Shown: positions 1 through 11,092 of the stretch, piece by piece
Layout: every line of letters begins with the position of its first letter
How positions within the stretch are numbered: position 1 is the stretch's first letter
Source: Rebecca billardiae RCC1528
Lineage: Eukaryota; Protista; Haptophyta
Reading direction: 5' to 3'
DNA length: 64,000 nucleotides
Assembly (NCBI GenBank): GCA_965240325.2
Contig: OZ251226.1
Location: 2,046,001 to 2,110,000 of the forward strand
The notes under the pieces: model-generated
Told to the model about the DNA's origin: nothing
Seen by the model: only the letters and a program-made list of their open reading frames with translations
The model's database searches: none
Made by a program: the position numbers and the translations under genes

Positions 1-424
1 AAGAGGATTTGGGTAAACGCCCAAACGGTCCGCCACTCTCCGATTGGACAACCAAACGAGCTGCCATCAAAAGGCGTCTGATTGTGGCACTGTGGCCAAA
101 GGAATAATAGAAAGTGGTTTGCTACCGTTTGGCGCCTGAAAACCCTACAGTATGTCGAGATTTCATCTACCGGTGCTAGACCGCCACCCTTCTTTTGAGC
201 TGACTCGCGTAGTCATACTCGCTCCCTCACGACAATGAGCAAGCACAACGAACTGGAATTGGGTAAGTAAGAAGTCTCCATCTGCCGAATGTTCGAAGTG
301 GCTCAGCAATTACCGCTGGTAAGTGCCTTACCCCCATACTGGGTTTCGTCGCCGGCTTTACGCGTCCGTACGGCGCGAGTGCTCCAAGGGGCAGCACACC
401 CCGGGCCCCGCCTCGGGGCAAGCT

Positions 425-2026
425 TCAGAGCAGCTCGGACCTCTGCGATGTCGCGGCCGAGCGGTGCTGGCGCGACGCGGCCGCGCCACCGCGCTGCGCG
501 CCGCCTGCGCGCGGCGGGCTGGCCGCCCCCGGCTGCTGGCCGTTGGCGCGGCCTCGCCTGCCGCGCCAGAAGCGGCGCTTGGGCTTGCCGTGCGTCTCGT
601 GTCTGGCCGCAATGCCCGCGACGCGCGCTCGCCAGCGCTGTTGGATGACCTCAGCCGCGAGCTCGCGGAGCGCGGACTCGTCCTTCTTCGACTGCTCGGG
701 CGTCACCGCGCCGGGGACGAGCGAGCCGAGGGCCCCGAGCCCCATGTAGCCCGCCCGCCCGGCCTCGAGGTCTAGCCTGGCCTTCCTGAGCGTGCCGCTG
801 CGCATGCTCGTGACGACGCTCCGCTTCCGCTCCGACTGCTGCCGCTTGCGCTGCACCGCCTGCTCCTCGGTCTCCGTCTTCTCGAAGATGTACGAGCGAT
901 AGCGCTCGTGGTCTCCGAGCACGTTGGTCGACAGCAGGTCGACGACGGTCTGCGCCGTGCCGATGATCACCATGCCCGAGGCGATGTGGATGAGGAGGAC
1001 CGAGAGCGAGAAGCGCGCCTTCGAGCCGGACTGGAACGCCTTGATCCGCACGCCCGTGCGGTGCACGTGCAGCCGCGACGTGTCCGTCTCCTCGCGCACC
1101 TCGTCGACCGAGAAGTCGCCCGAGAGCGTCCGCACGCTTAGCGTCCACGTCGGGTCGCGCTGCGGGAAGAAGTTCGAGCCCGCCTCGAAGTTGGAGTACG
1201 ACACCTCGATCGCGAGGATCAGCCCGGCATCGCGCCGCGTCAGGTTGAGCTCGTTGGGCATGTCGGGCGCGAGCTCGTCGAGCTCGACGCCCGCGAGGTC
1301 GAGCAGCTCGGAGATCCGCAGCGTGAGCGACTCGCCCGGCGGGATGTGCCTGCGCACGGCGCCCGTCGAGTCGACAATGTCGCCAGCGGGGTTCGTCGCG
1401 CGGTGGGCGATGCCCTGCTCGACGAGGAGGTCCAGGTCCTCGACGCCCAGCGAGTAGCTCACCCGGGCGGAGTTGGTCTGCCACAGCTCCACGTTGCACT
1501 CCGTCGCGTTCAGCGCGCAGCGGCGCTCCTGCCGCTGCTCGAACATGCTCGTGGTCACGAGCATCGCGCCGTCCTCGTGCGGCGGGAACACGAGGCCATG
1601 GCCGTCGCGGTACACGCACCCGATGCCCGAGTCCGCCTTCCGCGCCGCGCGGATGAGGGTGATCTCGCGATGCCACTCGGGGAAGATGTGCATGTCTGCC
1701 GTCGAGAACTGCTTCTCCGCGATCGACAGCTCCGCGGCGACGGAGTCATTCAGAGCGCGCGTCGGAGAGGTCGCGCAGTACGGGTAGCTCGACGTGCTGC
1801 CCAGCCGTTGCGTGCCTCCGACCAGGTCGAGCCGGATGCTGGCGACGATCGGCTCGTACTCCAGGTAGCCGTGGCGGATCCAGATCGTCTCGAAGACGAC
1901 ATAAAATACGGCGACAAAGACCGAGCAGTAGAACAGGAGGCCAAGGCGCGCGTCGCGGACCTGCACGCGCTTGTACGTGTAGTAGGACAGGAGGTCGTCT
2001 CCCAACACCTGCCGCAGGGCCTGCAT
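425..2026 (-). CDS. P2X purinoceptor-family cation channel with a C-terminal IQ-like motif
   Basis: N-terminal YxTxK motif (SYYTYKRVQVRDARLGLLFY) followed by TM1, Cys-containing ectodomain, GVRIKAFQSGSKARFS before TM2 (LLIHIASGMVIIGTAQTVVDLL), then YRSYIFEK. ATG at 2026 preferred to the upstream ORF extension. Confidence 0.88.
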   Translation of the reverse strand: MQALRQVLGDDLLSYYTYKRVQVRDARLGLLFYCSVFVAVFYVVFETIWIRHGYLEYEPIVASIRLDLVGGTQRLGSTSSYPYCATSPTRALNDSVAAELSIAEKQFSTADMHIFPEWHREITLIRAARKADSGIGCVYRDGHGLVFPPHEDGAMLVTTSMFEQRQERRCALNATECNVELWQTNSARVSYSLGVEDLDLLVEQGIAHRATNPAGDIVDSTGAVRRHIPPGESLTLRISELLDLAGVELDELAPDMPNELNLTRRDAGLILAIEVSYSNFEAGSNFFPQRDPTWTLSVRTLSGDFSVDEVREETDTSRLHVHRTGVRIKAFQSGSKARFSLSVLLIHIASGMVIIGTAQTVVDLLSTNVLGDHERYRSYIFEKTETEEQAVQRKRQQSERKRSVVTSMRSGTLRKARLDLEAGRAGYMGLGALGSLVPGAVTPEQSKKDESALRELAAEVIQQRWRARVAGIAARHETHGKPKRRFWRGRRGRANGQQPGAASPPRAGGAQRGGAAASRQHRSAATSQRSELL

Positions 2027-2271
2027 CTCGGATGGATGCGGCGCCAGGCGGTTGCGCGCGCACGGCCTCGATGGCCAAAGGCGCGCACGGCCGAGATATG
2101 ACCACGAGCCGGGGCGAGGGCGCTCGCCTTTCGGTTGCGTGCGCGCGGTCGCGCGCTGCTCAATGGCCAATAATAACTTCCAAGCGACGCCGCTGCTTCG
2201 ATGTTGAATTCGCGATCGATTGTACCAGCCGCTTCGGCTATTCGGCCAATATCCGCGGTGCTGGGCACCTT

Positions 2272-2304
2272 GCGAGATCATACTAAACCTCGCGAGATCA
2301 TACT
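2272..2304. promoter_or_regulatory. 13-bp direct repeat (GCGAGATCATACT x2) in the divergent P2X/TPC intergenic region
   Basis: Exact copies at 2272-2284 and 2292-2304 within the ~395-bp head-to-head spacer. A regulatory role is inferred from position only. Confidence 0.3.
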
Positions 2305-2421
2305 GTACCGTAGCAATATCTGTGGGTAACTTTAGCTATCCGACCGGGAGGGCGGGCTTTCGGGATCGTTCATCGTTGTTGATCACAAGGGCGGCTTGGG
2401 CGGGCCACCCGCCTGCTCATC

Positions 2422-5400
2422 ATGCCCGACGACGGCGAGGGAGGTGGCGAGGGCCGCGTGCCCGCGGCGGCGGAGTCGCCCGTCGTTGTAGGGTCGACTG
2501 AGCGTCCGTCCTCGACCATCGCGCGCCCCTCCTCGGTCTCCGCAGCCGCGTCGGCGGCAGCATCGGCGCTGCCGTCGCCCCGCGGGGCGGCCCGGCATCT
2601 GTCCGAGGGCGCGGCGCAGCCGCACGGGAGCTCGCAGCGGCTGAAGCGCGTGGTCTCGCACAAGACGGGCGAGTACCGATATGGCTACGGCACGACGCTC
2701 ACGCAGCACGGCTCGTACGTGCTCATGCCCGGCACGACGGCGCGCACAGAGTCGACGAAGCGGCCGTCGTCGCCGCGCTTTGGCGCGCTCAAGCGGAGCG
2801 CTTTCCTGCAGGCGCTGTGGACGGCCCCCGCGTCGGGGATGACGCCCGACGAGCTCAGCGCGTTCGAGTACACCTTCAAGCGCGAGCTGGACGACGCCGA
2901 GATCACGCGCGAGGAGTTCGACGCGCGGATGGTGGACGCGGCGAGTGAAGAAGCGTTCGAGATCAAGCGCGACACGTCGTCGCTAGCGATCGAGGAGCGG
3001 CTGACGCTGGGCGCGTACTTCCTGGACGACGCGGTCGCGCGGCGGCGGACGTGCAAGGTCCGATGGAGCGTGCCGCTCTACGTCACGCTCTACCGCATAC
3101 ACCGCCACCGCGCATGGTACCTGCTGATGAGCACGTGCTCGCTCGCGCTGTGCGCGCTCGCGGCCGCCGAGCCGGCGCAGACGTGGGTCACGCCGGCGCG
3201 CGCGAGCACGCTCGGGGTCGAGGCGGTGCTGGTGGCGATCACGATGGCGGACGTGCTCATGCCCACCCTCTACGTCGGCCCGCGCAGCTTCTTCGGCCAG
3301 GGCGCCGACTCGAAGGTGAAGGCGGCGACGGTGGCGCTGCTCGCGCTCGACGTGTGCGTGGCGGCCGGCGCTCACGTGTACGGCGTGCCGACCTTCCGCT
3401 TCTCGCGGCCGGTGCGGCCGATGCTCATCTTCTACTCGCAGAAGGCGGCGCGGCACAGCGTGTACGCCATCGCGTCGACGCTCCCCGCCCTCTCCGACGT
3501 CTTCCTGCTGCTCATCATCGTGATCACGATGTTTGCGATCGCGTCGCTCTCGCTGTTTGGCGCGGAGACGGCGGCGTGGCCGACCGCGGACGGCGAGTTC
3601 GGCGACACGTACTCGACGTTCTGGGCGTCGTGGCTGACGCTCTTCACGCTGATCACGAGCGAGAACTTCCCCTCGGCGATGCTGATCACGCTCGACGGCG
3701 GCGGCGGCTCCGCGCTCGCCGGCTCGCTCAGCGGGCGCGCATCGATTGTGATCGACTGGGTGGTGCACTCGGTGTACTTTGGCGTCTTCTTCGTGCTCAC
3801 CGCGTACATGATCCTCTCGGTGTTCGTCGCGGTGATCTTCGAGAACTACAAGCTGCACCACAAGCGCGTGGTGATCGAGGGCAAGCGCCGCGAGCGCCGC
3901 GCGCTGCTCGCCGCCTTCTCGATGGTCGACACGGACGGCGACGCGCTGCTGTCGCTCGGCGAGTTCTACCGGCTGATGAAGCGCTTTCGCGGCCGCTCGT
4001 CCACGCGGGAGGCGCGCGCGATCCACAAGATCCTGGACACGGACGCGACGGGGGACATCAGCCTGCACGAGTTCCTCAACGTGTGCGACCTGCTCGTCCT
4101 CCGCCCGCGCGAGCGCGTCGGCGTCTCGAGCGCGTCCGCGCACGCGTGCTGCGCGCCCGTGCCGGCGGCGCACTGGCTCGTGCACCGTGCCACCTTCCAC
4201 CTCCTCATCTACCTCACGATCGTGCTCAACGCGATCTTCGTGCTGGTCCGGCTGATCCAGGGGGACGGCGCGGGGATCCCGCCGCCCGCGTACCAGGTCA
4301 TCGACCGCGTCTTCCTCGCCGTCTTCTTCTCCGAGATGGTGCTCAAGATCCTCGGTCTCACGTGGCGCGGGTACATCTCCGACCCGTGGAACCGCTTCGA
4401 CATGGCGCTGGTGGTGGCGGGCGTGCTCTCCGAGGTGATCGAGGAGGTGGTGTTCGCCTCGTCGGCGGGCGGCGGGGGCGAGGCCGCCGCCGGCGCGCTC
4501 TCCGACTACCTGCTCCTGCGCGTCGTGCGCGTGCTCCGGCTGATCCGCGTGATGCGCACCGTGCGCGTCGTGACGACGTCGTCGCGGCTGCGCGCGCTCG
4601 TGCGCACGTTCCTCAACATGCTGCCGATGTTCGCATCGATCTTCTGGGTGATCGCGATGTTCATGTACGCGTTCGCGCTGGTCGGGCTGGAGGTGCTGCA
4701 CTCGGACACGCCGCTCGGCTCCGCCGACGACTACGGCGCGTACCCGCCGAGCTTCGCCGACCTCGTCTCCGTGCTGTGGACGCTCACGCTCGTGCTCGTG
4801 GGCAACGGCTGGGCGGACATCATGCTCACGACGATGAGCACGGTGCACCAGGCGCGCGTGGCGGCGGGCGACGCGATGGGCGCGTCGCTCGGCGCGTCGT
4901 TCGCCGCGCTGTACTACGTGCTCTACTTCCTCGTGCTCAACCTCGTGCTGATCAACCTGCTCATGGCGCTCGTGATCGAGGTGTACGCCGTCGAGGTTGA
5001 GAAGTCGGCCGAGCGCGCCGACGAGCGCGGCGCGGAGCTTCTGGACGCGCTGCGCGAGCAGGGCGTGGGCGAGGAGGGCGCGGGGGAGGGGGAGGGCGAG
5101 GGCGGCGGCGCGGCGGGCGGCGCCGCGACGCTCTCCGGCCGGCGCGGCTCGAGGGACATCGGCGTGCGCGTCGCGCACCAGATCTTCTCCGTGATGACGC
5201 AGAGTGTGCGCACGCTGTTTGCGAAATACGACCGAGACGGTGACGGGCTGATCCAGCCCGCGCAGTGCTTCCAGCTGCTGGCCGAGCTGGGCGCGGGGCT
5301 GAGCGAGGAGGAGCTGCGCGGCGTGGTCGCGCGGCTCGACATCGACCAGTCCGGCTTCATCGAGTTCCGCGAGTTCCTTGACTGGTGGCAGGAGCACGGC

Positions 5401-6805
5401 CTGCGCCGCGCGTTCACTGAGATCGACACGGACGGCTCGGGCGCCATCGACGCGTCCGAGCTCGCGGGCATGCTGTACCGGCTCGGGATCGTGCTCGCGG
5501 AGGCGGACGTGGAGCTGGCGCTGCAGCAGATGGACAAGGAGGAGGACGGGCGGATCACGCTCCCCGAGCTGATGCGCTGGTGGAACCGCTTCGACATCAT
5601 GTCCATCTTCGCCATGTATGACGCCGACGGCTCGGGCCGGCTCGGCTTCGACGAGCTCGCCGACGTGGTCCACGACCTCGGCCTCAAGGCGGACCGGCGC
5701 GACGTCAAGCGCGCGCTCGAGCTGCTGGACAGGGACAGGGACGAGGGCATCTCGATCGACGAGTTCTTCCCGCTGTGGGAGCTCCTCTCGAACCGGACGC
5801 GCGACCGCGGCAGCGGCGCGAGCGCCGCGCTGGGGCGCGGTGCCAGCGGCAAGTGGGAGGACAATCTCTTCCTGAGGCGCTCGCTCGGCGGCGTGGACGG
5901 CAAGGCGATCGAGGTGCGCGGCGCAGCGCGCGGCGCGTGCCGCCGAGCCGGCGCAGCGTGTGCCGGCGAGCCACACGGCGTGTGGCTCGGCGGCGTGGGC
6001 GAGGGGGCGCGCGCGCGCGCGCGCGCTGGCCGCCCACCGCCGCGCTGCCCGGTGCGCCCTGCGCTCCGCGCCCCCCGCGCCCCGCCCGCAGGCCAAGCTG
6101 CTGGAGGAGCTGCAGCGCGCGGAGGCGGAGCTGGGCGTGGCGGTCGGCGCGATCGCCGGCCGCGCGAGCGACATCACGCGCGCCGTGCTGCAGAGCCTCG
6201 CCTCCGCACACACCGGGCTCCAGGACTCGCACGAGATGGAGGACGAGTACAGGCAGCTGATGGACAAGGTGCGCTCGGCCGTCGACCGGGGCGGCGACGT
6301 GCACTCGACCATCGAGCAGGCCTTCTCCGCGCACTCGCCGACGAGGCGCGAGCGCAAGATCGCGGAGGGCAAGTCGTACGCGCTCAAGCTGACGGGGGAG
6401 GACGACTCGACGACGCTGCGCCAGGCCAAGACCGAGCTCTCGCGGCTTTCGGGCAAGGACAAGCCGGCGAGGGAGTCCAACGACAGCTCGGCGAAGACAT
6501 CGCCGCGACAGAGCATCCCGGGCCGGCTCGCCTCCGTGCTGCGCCGCGCGCCCTCGGCAAGCTCGCTCGGCTCGTCTGGCTCGCTCGGGAACGGCGGCCA
6601 AGATGGCGGCGGCGGCGCCAGCTCGGGAGCGCAGCGCAAGCGCGCAGTCCTCATGCGCGCGCGCTCGCACGACGGCTCGCAGGGCACGATGGCCAACCCG
6701 CTGCGCAGCTCGCATTCTCGCGTGCACCCCGACGCCGGCACCGACTCGGAATCAGCTGCTCGCCCAGCGGTGCCCGGCTCTGCAGCGGCCCGCGACCAGA
6801 ACTGA
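2422..6805 (+). CDS. Two-pore channel (TPC-like, 2x6TM) with 2 linker and 6 C-terminal EF-hands; exons 2422-5913 and 6092-6805
   Basis: Pore I FTLITSENFPSAM, S6 ILSVFVAVIFENYK, linker EF-hands (DTDGDALLSLGEF, DTDATGDISLHEF), domain II WNRFD, Arg-rich S4 RVVRVLRLIRVMRTVR, pore II LVGNGWADIM, S6 LINLLMALVIEVY. Predicted intron 5914-6091 (GTGCGC...CCGCAG) joins in frame to the 5960-6805 ORF. Confidence 0.88.
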
Positions 6806-7579
6806 GTGATGCTGACGCGGGCCGTCCGTGCGGTCGCGGGCCGCATCGAGCGCGACCGCACGGCCGGCCGGGGTGTTGCCACTATTGCCAAAGAGCAAGC
6901 TTGCTGAGATCGACCGAGTCGATATATCGGCGAATACTTCAGCACTAGCTATGGCGGGCCGTAGGTCCGCCCCTTGTAGTGCCCGGAGAAAAGATAAGAA
7001 AAGAACAGGCGGGAAAAGAAAATCGCCTCGCAAAGAAAAGAAAATCGCCTCGCTCACTGTTACCGGGCGCCCGCAGCTCCCACTGGGGACGCTCGGCCGA
7101 AAACACAGTACCGGGTGGCGCGGAGCGCGTGGGCCGCGCGCGCCAAATCCAACGCCGGCGCGGACATCGCGCGAGGATTCCCGAGACGTGTTTTCGCCCG
7201 ATTCGCGCTTGCTCCCCTCGTCGTCTCGCGTGCAGGTCGAACGGGGGCCAAAGTCGACGCGTTTGGAGGTACGCTCGGCGCGTCGACATGATCGTGCGAC
7301 CTGGGGCAGTCCTCGCCCGACTTGCACGTCGAGCGCTCGCACGGGCCATAGTATCAAGCGCTGTGCACGACAGCCACCTCGCGCGATCCATCACCGCGCG
7401 TCGGGCTCGGTGCGGAAAGGCCCTCATCACGAGGTGTCTCGCGGGCGGGAAGCGCCATCGCACGCGACGCAACACGCATGCAAGACTGTTGGCGCACGGC
7501 CTTCTGAACTCGATCGCCGGAATCCTCGCGCACCGGACTGTCGTCGCGGTCCCTCAGCCGAAAGCCCACGTCCGGCCTG

Positions 7580-8340
7580 CATGGCGTCGACGGTGACCAA
7601 TGCGACGGAAGCGCAGCGCCAACGGCGTACGACGCGCAGCGGACGCACCTCCCGGGTCTGTCGCCGTGGCAGCAACCGCGTCTTCGCGAGTTGGCGACCC
7701 TCGCCGCAGCGCGACACAGAAAAGCCCATGATGCCATCCGCAGAGAGATGAATCGTCGAGCATGCAACATCGACGCGCCATCCTCGTCCATGGCGCGGGC
7801 GCTGCGGGACGAGGCGGACGTCGTCACGCCGGTGACGGATGCGCTGCGATTCTTATGCCTGCTTGAGCAGCTCGTGCCCACTCTCGATCGCGAGTGGCAC
7901 ACGCTGTCGCTGTGCGCGCGCGCGCGCACAACCAACAGCTCCTCGTGACGCCAAACACGCGGGTGCCAGACCTGTCGAAGAGGCGAAGAGCGACGACCGC
8001 GTGAACGTCAACGCGCTCGTGCTCAGCGTGGCGGCCGTGTACGACGTCAACGCGACCTGCGCCGAGCCCATCATGCCCGGAGCGGACATCGGCAAGCGTC
8101 CTCGCGACGACCGCTCTCGGCTGGCGGCAGGAGGACATGCACACGATCTACTCTGGCGGCTTCGTCGGTGGCGAGGCGCTCGATTACGCCATCGCGGTCG
8201 AGATGCGGCACATACAGCGCGTACCCGCGCTCGCGCGGAGCAACGGGCTAATCGCCCCGCCCCGCGTGCTGCACATTCCCTCGTGGGTGTGGGCCTCGCT
8301 AGTCGCTGATGCGCACGGACGCGTACCGCACCGCGTGGGA
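7580..8340 (+). pseudogene. Fragmentary spliced coding remnant, possibly the N-terminal part of a Ulp1/C48-peptidase-like domain
   Basis: Short coding-like blocks bounded by splice-like signals (~7744-7911, ~7970-8091, ~8131-8340). DMHTIYSGGFVGGEALDYAI...VLHIPSWVWASL loosely resembles the C48 'D..L...WL.D..ID.Y...h.f.sff...L' pattern. No catalytic motifs seen. Confidence 0.25.
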
Positions 8341-8374
8341 GAACTTCACAGGTGTCACTGGGCCGACTGTCCGT

Positions 8375-8414
8375 CCAAGGGGCTTACAAAATACCACTTT
8401 TGTAAGCCCCTTGG
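8375..8414. repeat. Perfect 17-bp-stem hairpin with 6-nt loop
   Basis: CCAAGGGGCTTACAAAA-taccac-TTTTGTAAGCCCCTTGG. Confidence 0.9.
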
Positions 8415-8683
8415 TCCGTCACCCACGGCCACGAGCGAATGCTGTGGAAAGACGCGAACCCGCAGAGGAAACATATTGCAACAGCACCATTGGCCACGGC
8501 CCGCCGACCCGGCCCCGCCCGCCAGGGCACAGTTTATAATATATATATATATGTATATATATATAATGATAATAAAATATAGCATCAGTCATGCTGAGTC
8601 GCCATCAGCTGCGCTGCATGATGATACCACTACCACTATGAGCATGATACCAGCAGTCGATCTGTGATGACGGCCTACGTCAA

Positions 8684-11092
8684 TTATGAGCTCGTCATCG
8701 ACTTACTGTTCCGCATCCTCGGCATGCAAGGCTCGATGCCGTGTAGCTTGTCGAGGCGCACGTTCGGCACCGGGAGGCCTCGCCGGCGGAGGCGCTTGGC
8801 CACGTCGCGCTGCGCCTCACCGGCCGGATCGCTTTCCTGCAGCACCGTGCACGCCCGCTCGAGTGATCCATATGGCGACGACGGCAGCGACGACCAGGGA
8901 GGGCGTGCGGGCAGGCTTGGATTCAGGCCTGCGTTCAGCACGTTGGTCAGGTTGCACAGGCAGAGCTGGAGCCGCGCGAGCATGCCGATCCTCTCGTGCG
9001 CCTCGCCATGCACGCGCCCGAGCGCGCCTCGCGGCCGCAGCTGGTGTGATTGCTCGAGCTCGTCCAGCGCATGCATGAGCCGCAGATTGAGCACGTCCGC
9101 TGCCCCGTCGAGGCAGTAGTGCGTGCAGTCCACGCCAGGCTTGATGTGCGCGCTGTGCATCGGCAAGAGCGCGTCCCACACGCGCAGAATGCGCACGTGC
9201 GCCGCCGACGCGCCGACCAGCCGGTTGGCTAGCGCGTTGCGAAAGTTGAACTTGGCGTCTTGCCGTGTGGAATCCCCGATGGGCATGCACGCGTTGCGCA
9301 AGAGCCGTGTTGGGTCGTACTCAACAGTTGGAAAGTGCTGCGGCAACGTTTCGCGCCACAAGACGACCGGCTGCGGCACCTCGGTGTCGGGCGCACCGCG
9401 CTGCCGCCGCCGCCACGCGCCGACCTCGCCGAGCAGCGCGCTCAGCTGCGCCTGCAGGTCGGCTCGCGCAGCGACGTGTATGCCGATGTTGGCAACCACT
9501 ACGTCAGCCCATGGCAAGACGGAGCCAATCACCTGCGCGGCCGTGAGGGCCAGCAGGTTTGCACGCGCGGCCGAGATGTAGCACAGGGTAGTTCCGTCGC
9601 CGAACACCTCGCACTCGTACAGGCTGATCGGGCTGGGGGGCGCTGCGTTGCTTGAGCTCAGCTGCCTCGCCGCGGCGTGCGGCGGCGGCGTCACGCGGCC
9701 CATCGAGACGTTGTACGGCTCAGCAGCTGTGGTGGAGTTTGCAGCTCCCCATCCGCGCGCATATCGCCTCGCTGTGCATGACAGCAGTTGGTAGTGCTGC
9801 CTCGACAGCGAATCGCCGACGAACGCGATGATGCGGCCCTCGATCAGCGCCCAGAGCCGGCGCTCACAGCCCGTGCGCATGCCGAGCCCCGTCGGCCCCG
9901 CGCGCGGGTCGCACTGGAAGGGCAGCGTGACGCCCGTGCCTATCCGCTTGCACGCTTCGTGCGGCACGGCTCGGTCAGCGCGCGAGCTCTCGTTCGAAAA
10001 CGCGTCGACGCAGCATGCGTCGTCGGCGTCACACCCGGGGCTCTCGTCCGCCTCGGTGACCGCGGCCGTCGGCGTCTCGTCCGCCATTGAAGCCACGCGC
10101 GCAAAGCACTCGCGCTCCTGCCTGTCCAGCTCGACCGCCTGCGCATACAGCGCATAGTCGGCCGCGTGGCGCTTGCGCGCGAGGGCGACCACGTCGGCGG
10201 GCAGCTCATCCTCGCGCACGAGCGTCGCCTCCAGACGCCGGCAGTTCTCCACCGAGAGCATGCACTTTGAGCCGCCCACCGCCGCGGCGGAGCTGTTGAT
10301 GCGCGCGGCAGCACGCACAGCAGCGTGGTCGAGAGCAAAGCGGCTGTGTGGCGGCTGCGTGACGTACGCGACGCGCGCCAGGAAGGCGTCCACGGAGTCG
10401 GGGGCGCACAGCGCGCCGACAACGTCAAAGCCTCGCGCACCGAGCACCTGGCTCGCGGACTTTCGCGAGGACGCATTGCGCAGCAGCTCGGCTTGCAGGC
10501 TGAAGCGGCGCTCATGGCCGCCCGTCTCGACCCAGTGCCTCATCGTCGCGACTGGCTGGCACGGCACCTGGCCGGTGTTCGGGACACGGTCGCCGGGCTG
10601 GAAGCCGGTGCCTGGCGTGCAGAATCGCGGCCGCGCCGGATTGCACAGTGAATGCGTCGTGCTGGGGCGGCACACGCGCGGCCGCGAGTAGAATTGCAGC
10701 ACAGCATTGTACGACGACACGAGTCGTGAGAGCGGCTCGCGCAGCACAGTAATCCACACGATGCGGCGGTGCGAGAGCGAGTAGTCGCGCGGGTTCGCTA
10801 CGCGCCGATCCACCGAGGCGTGGCCGGCGCGGTACCACCGGCAGTCCGTCCTTTCTCCAGGGCCTGGACTCGCGTGGCAGCTGTAGGGGAGCGCGGCCGA
10901 CGGCAGCGCAGCTGGCCCGTGGAAACTGTGGCGCAGGAAGTCTTCAACGGCATTGCCCCCGGCCCTGGCGACGTGCACAAACTCCACGAAGGGCATCTGG
11001 GCCGCGCGCCGAGTTTGCCTCCAGCTCTCGGCGATCCGCTTGCACTCGGGCGTGGTGGCCACGGCAGCGGCGAGCAAGACCCGCACAACCAT
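8684..11092 (-). CDS. Sulfotransferase-like domain fused to a PC-esterase/TBL (SGNH) O-acetyltransferase-like domain
   Basis: Hydrophobic N-terminus; 5'-PSB-like FVHVARAGGNAVE; 3'-PB ITVLREPLSRLVSSY; HAADYALY; then IAFVGDSLSRQHY, VLWRETLPQHF and DCTHYC (GDS and DxxH motifs). Confidence 0.8.
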   Translation of the reverse strand: MVVRVLLAAAVATTPECKRIAESWRQTRRAAQMPFVEFVHVARAGGNAVEDFLRHSFHGPAALPSAALPYSCHASPGPGERTDCRWYRAGHASVDRRVANPRDYSLSHRRIVWITVLREPLSRLVSSYNAVLQFYSRPRVCRPSTTHSLCNPARPRFCTPGTGFQPGDRVPNTGQVPCQPVATMRHWVETGGHERRFSLQAELLRNASSRKSASQVLGARGFDVVGALCAPDSVDAFLARVAYVTQPPHSRFALDHAAVRAAARINSSAAAVGGSKCMLSVENCRRLEATLVREDELPADVVALARKRHAADYALYAQAVELDRQERECFARVASMADETPTAAVTEADESPGCDADDACCVDAFSNESSRADRAVPHEACKRIGTGVTLPFQCDPRAGPTGLGMRTGCERRLWALIEGRIIAFVGDSLSRQHYQLLSCTARRYARGWGAANSTTAAEPYNVSMGRVTPPPHAAARQLSSSNAAPPSPISLYECEVFGDGTTLCYISAARANLLALTAAQVIGSVLPWADVVVANIGIHVAARADLQAQLSALLGEVGAWRRRQRGAPDTEVPQPVVLWRETLPQHFPTVEYDPTRLLRNACMPIGDSTRQDAKFNFRNALANRLVGASAAHVRILRVWDALLPMHSAHIKPGVDCTHYCLDGAADVLNLRLMHALDELEQSHQLRPRGALGRVHGEAHERIGMLARLQLCLCNLTNVLNAGLNPSLPARPPWSSLPSSPYGSLERACTVLQESDPAGEAQRDVAKRLRRRGLPVPNVRLDKLHGIEPCMPRMRNSKSMTSS

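Noticed and set aside
2983-6945. 1320-aa antisense ORF and similar long antisense ORFs (e.g. 49008-52604, 43491-46751)
   Set aside because: Expected from extreme GC3 bias opposite real genes; no domain motifs.
5914-6948. C-terminus of the 1508-aa ORF as annotated
   Set aside because: It reads through an intron into a low-complexity wrong frame; the spliced model ends at 6805.
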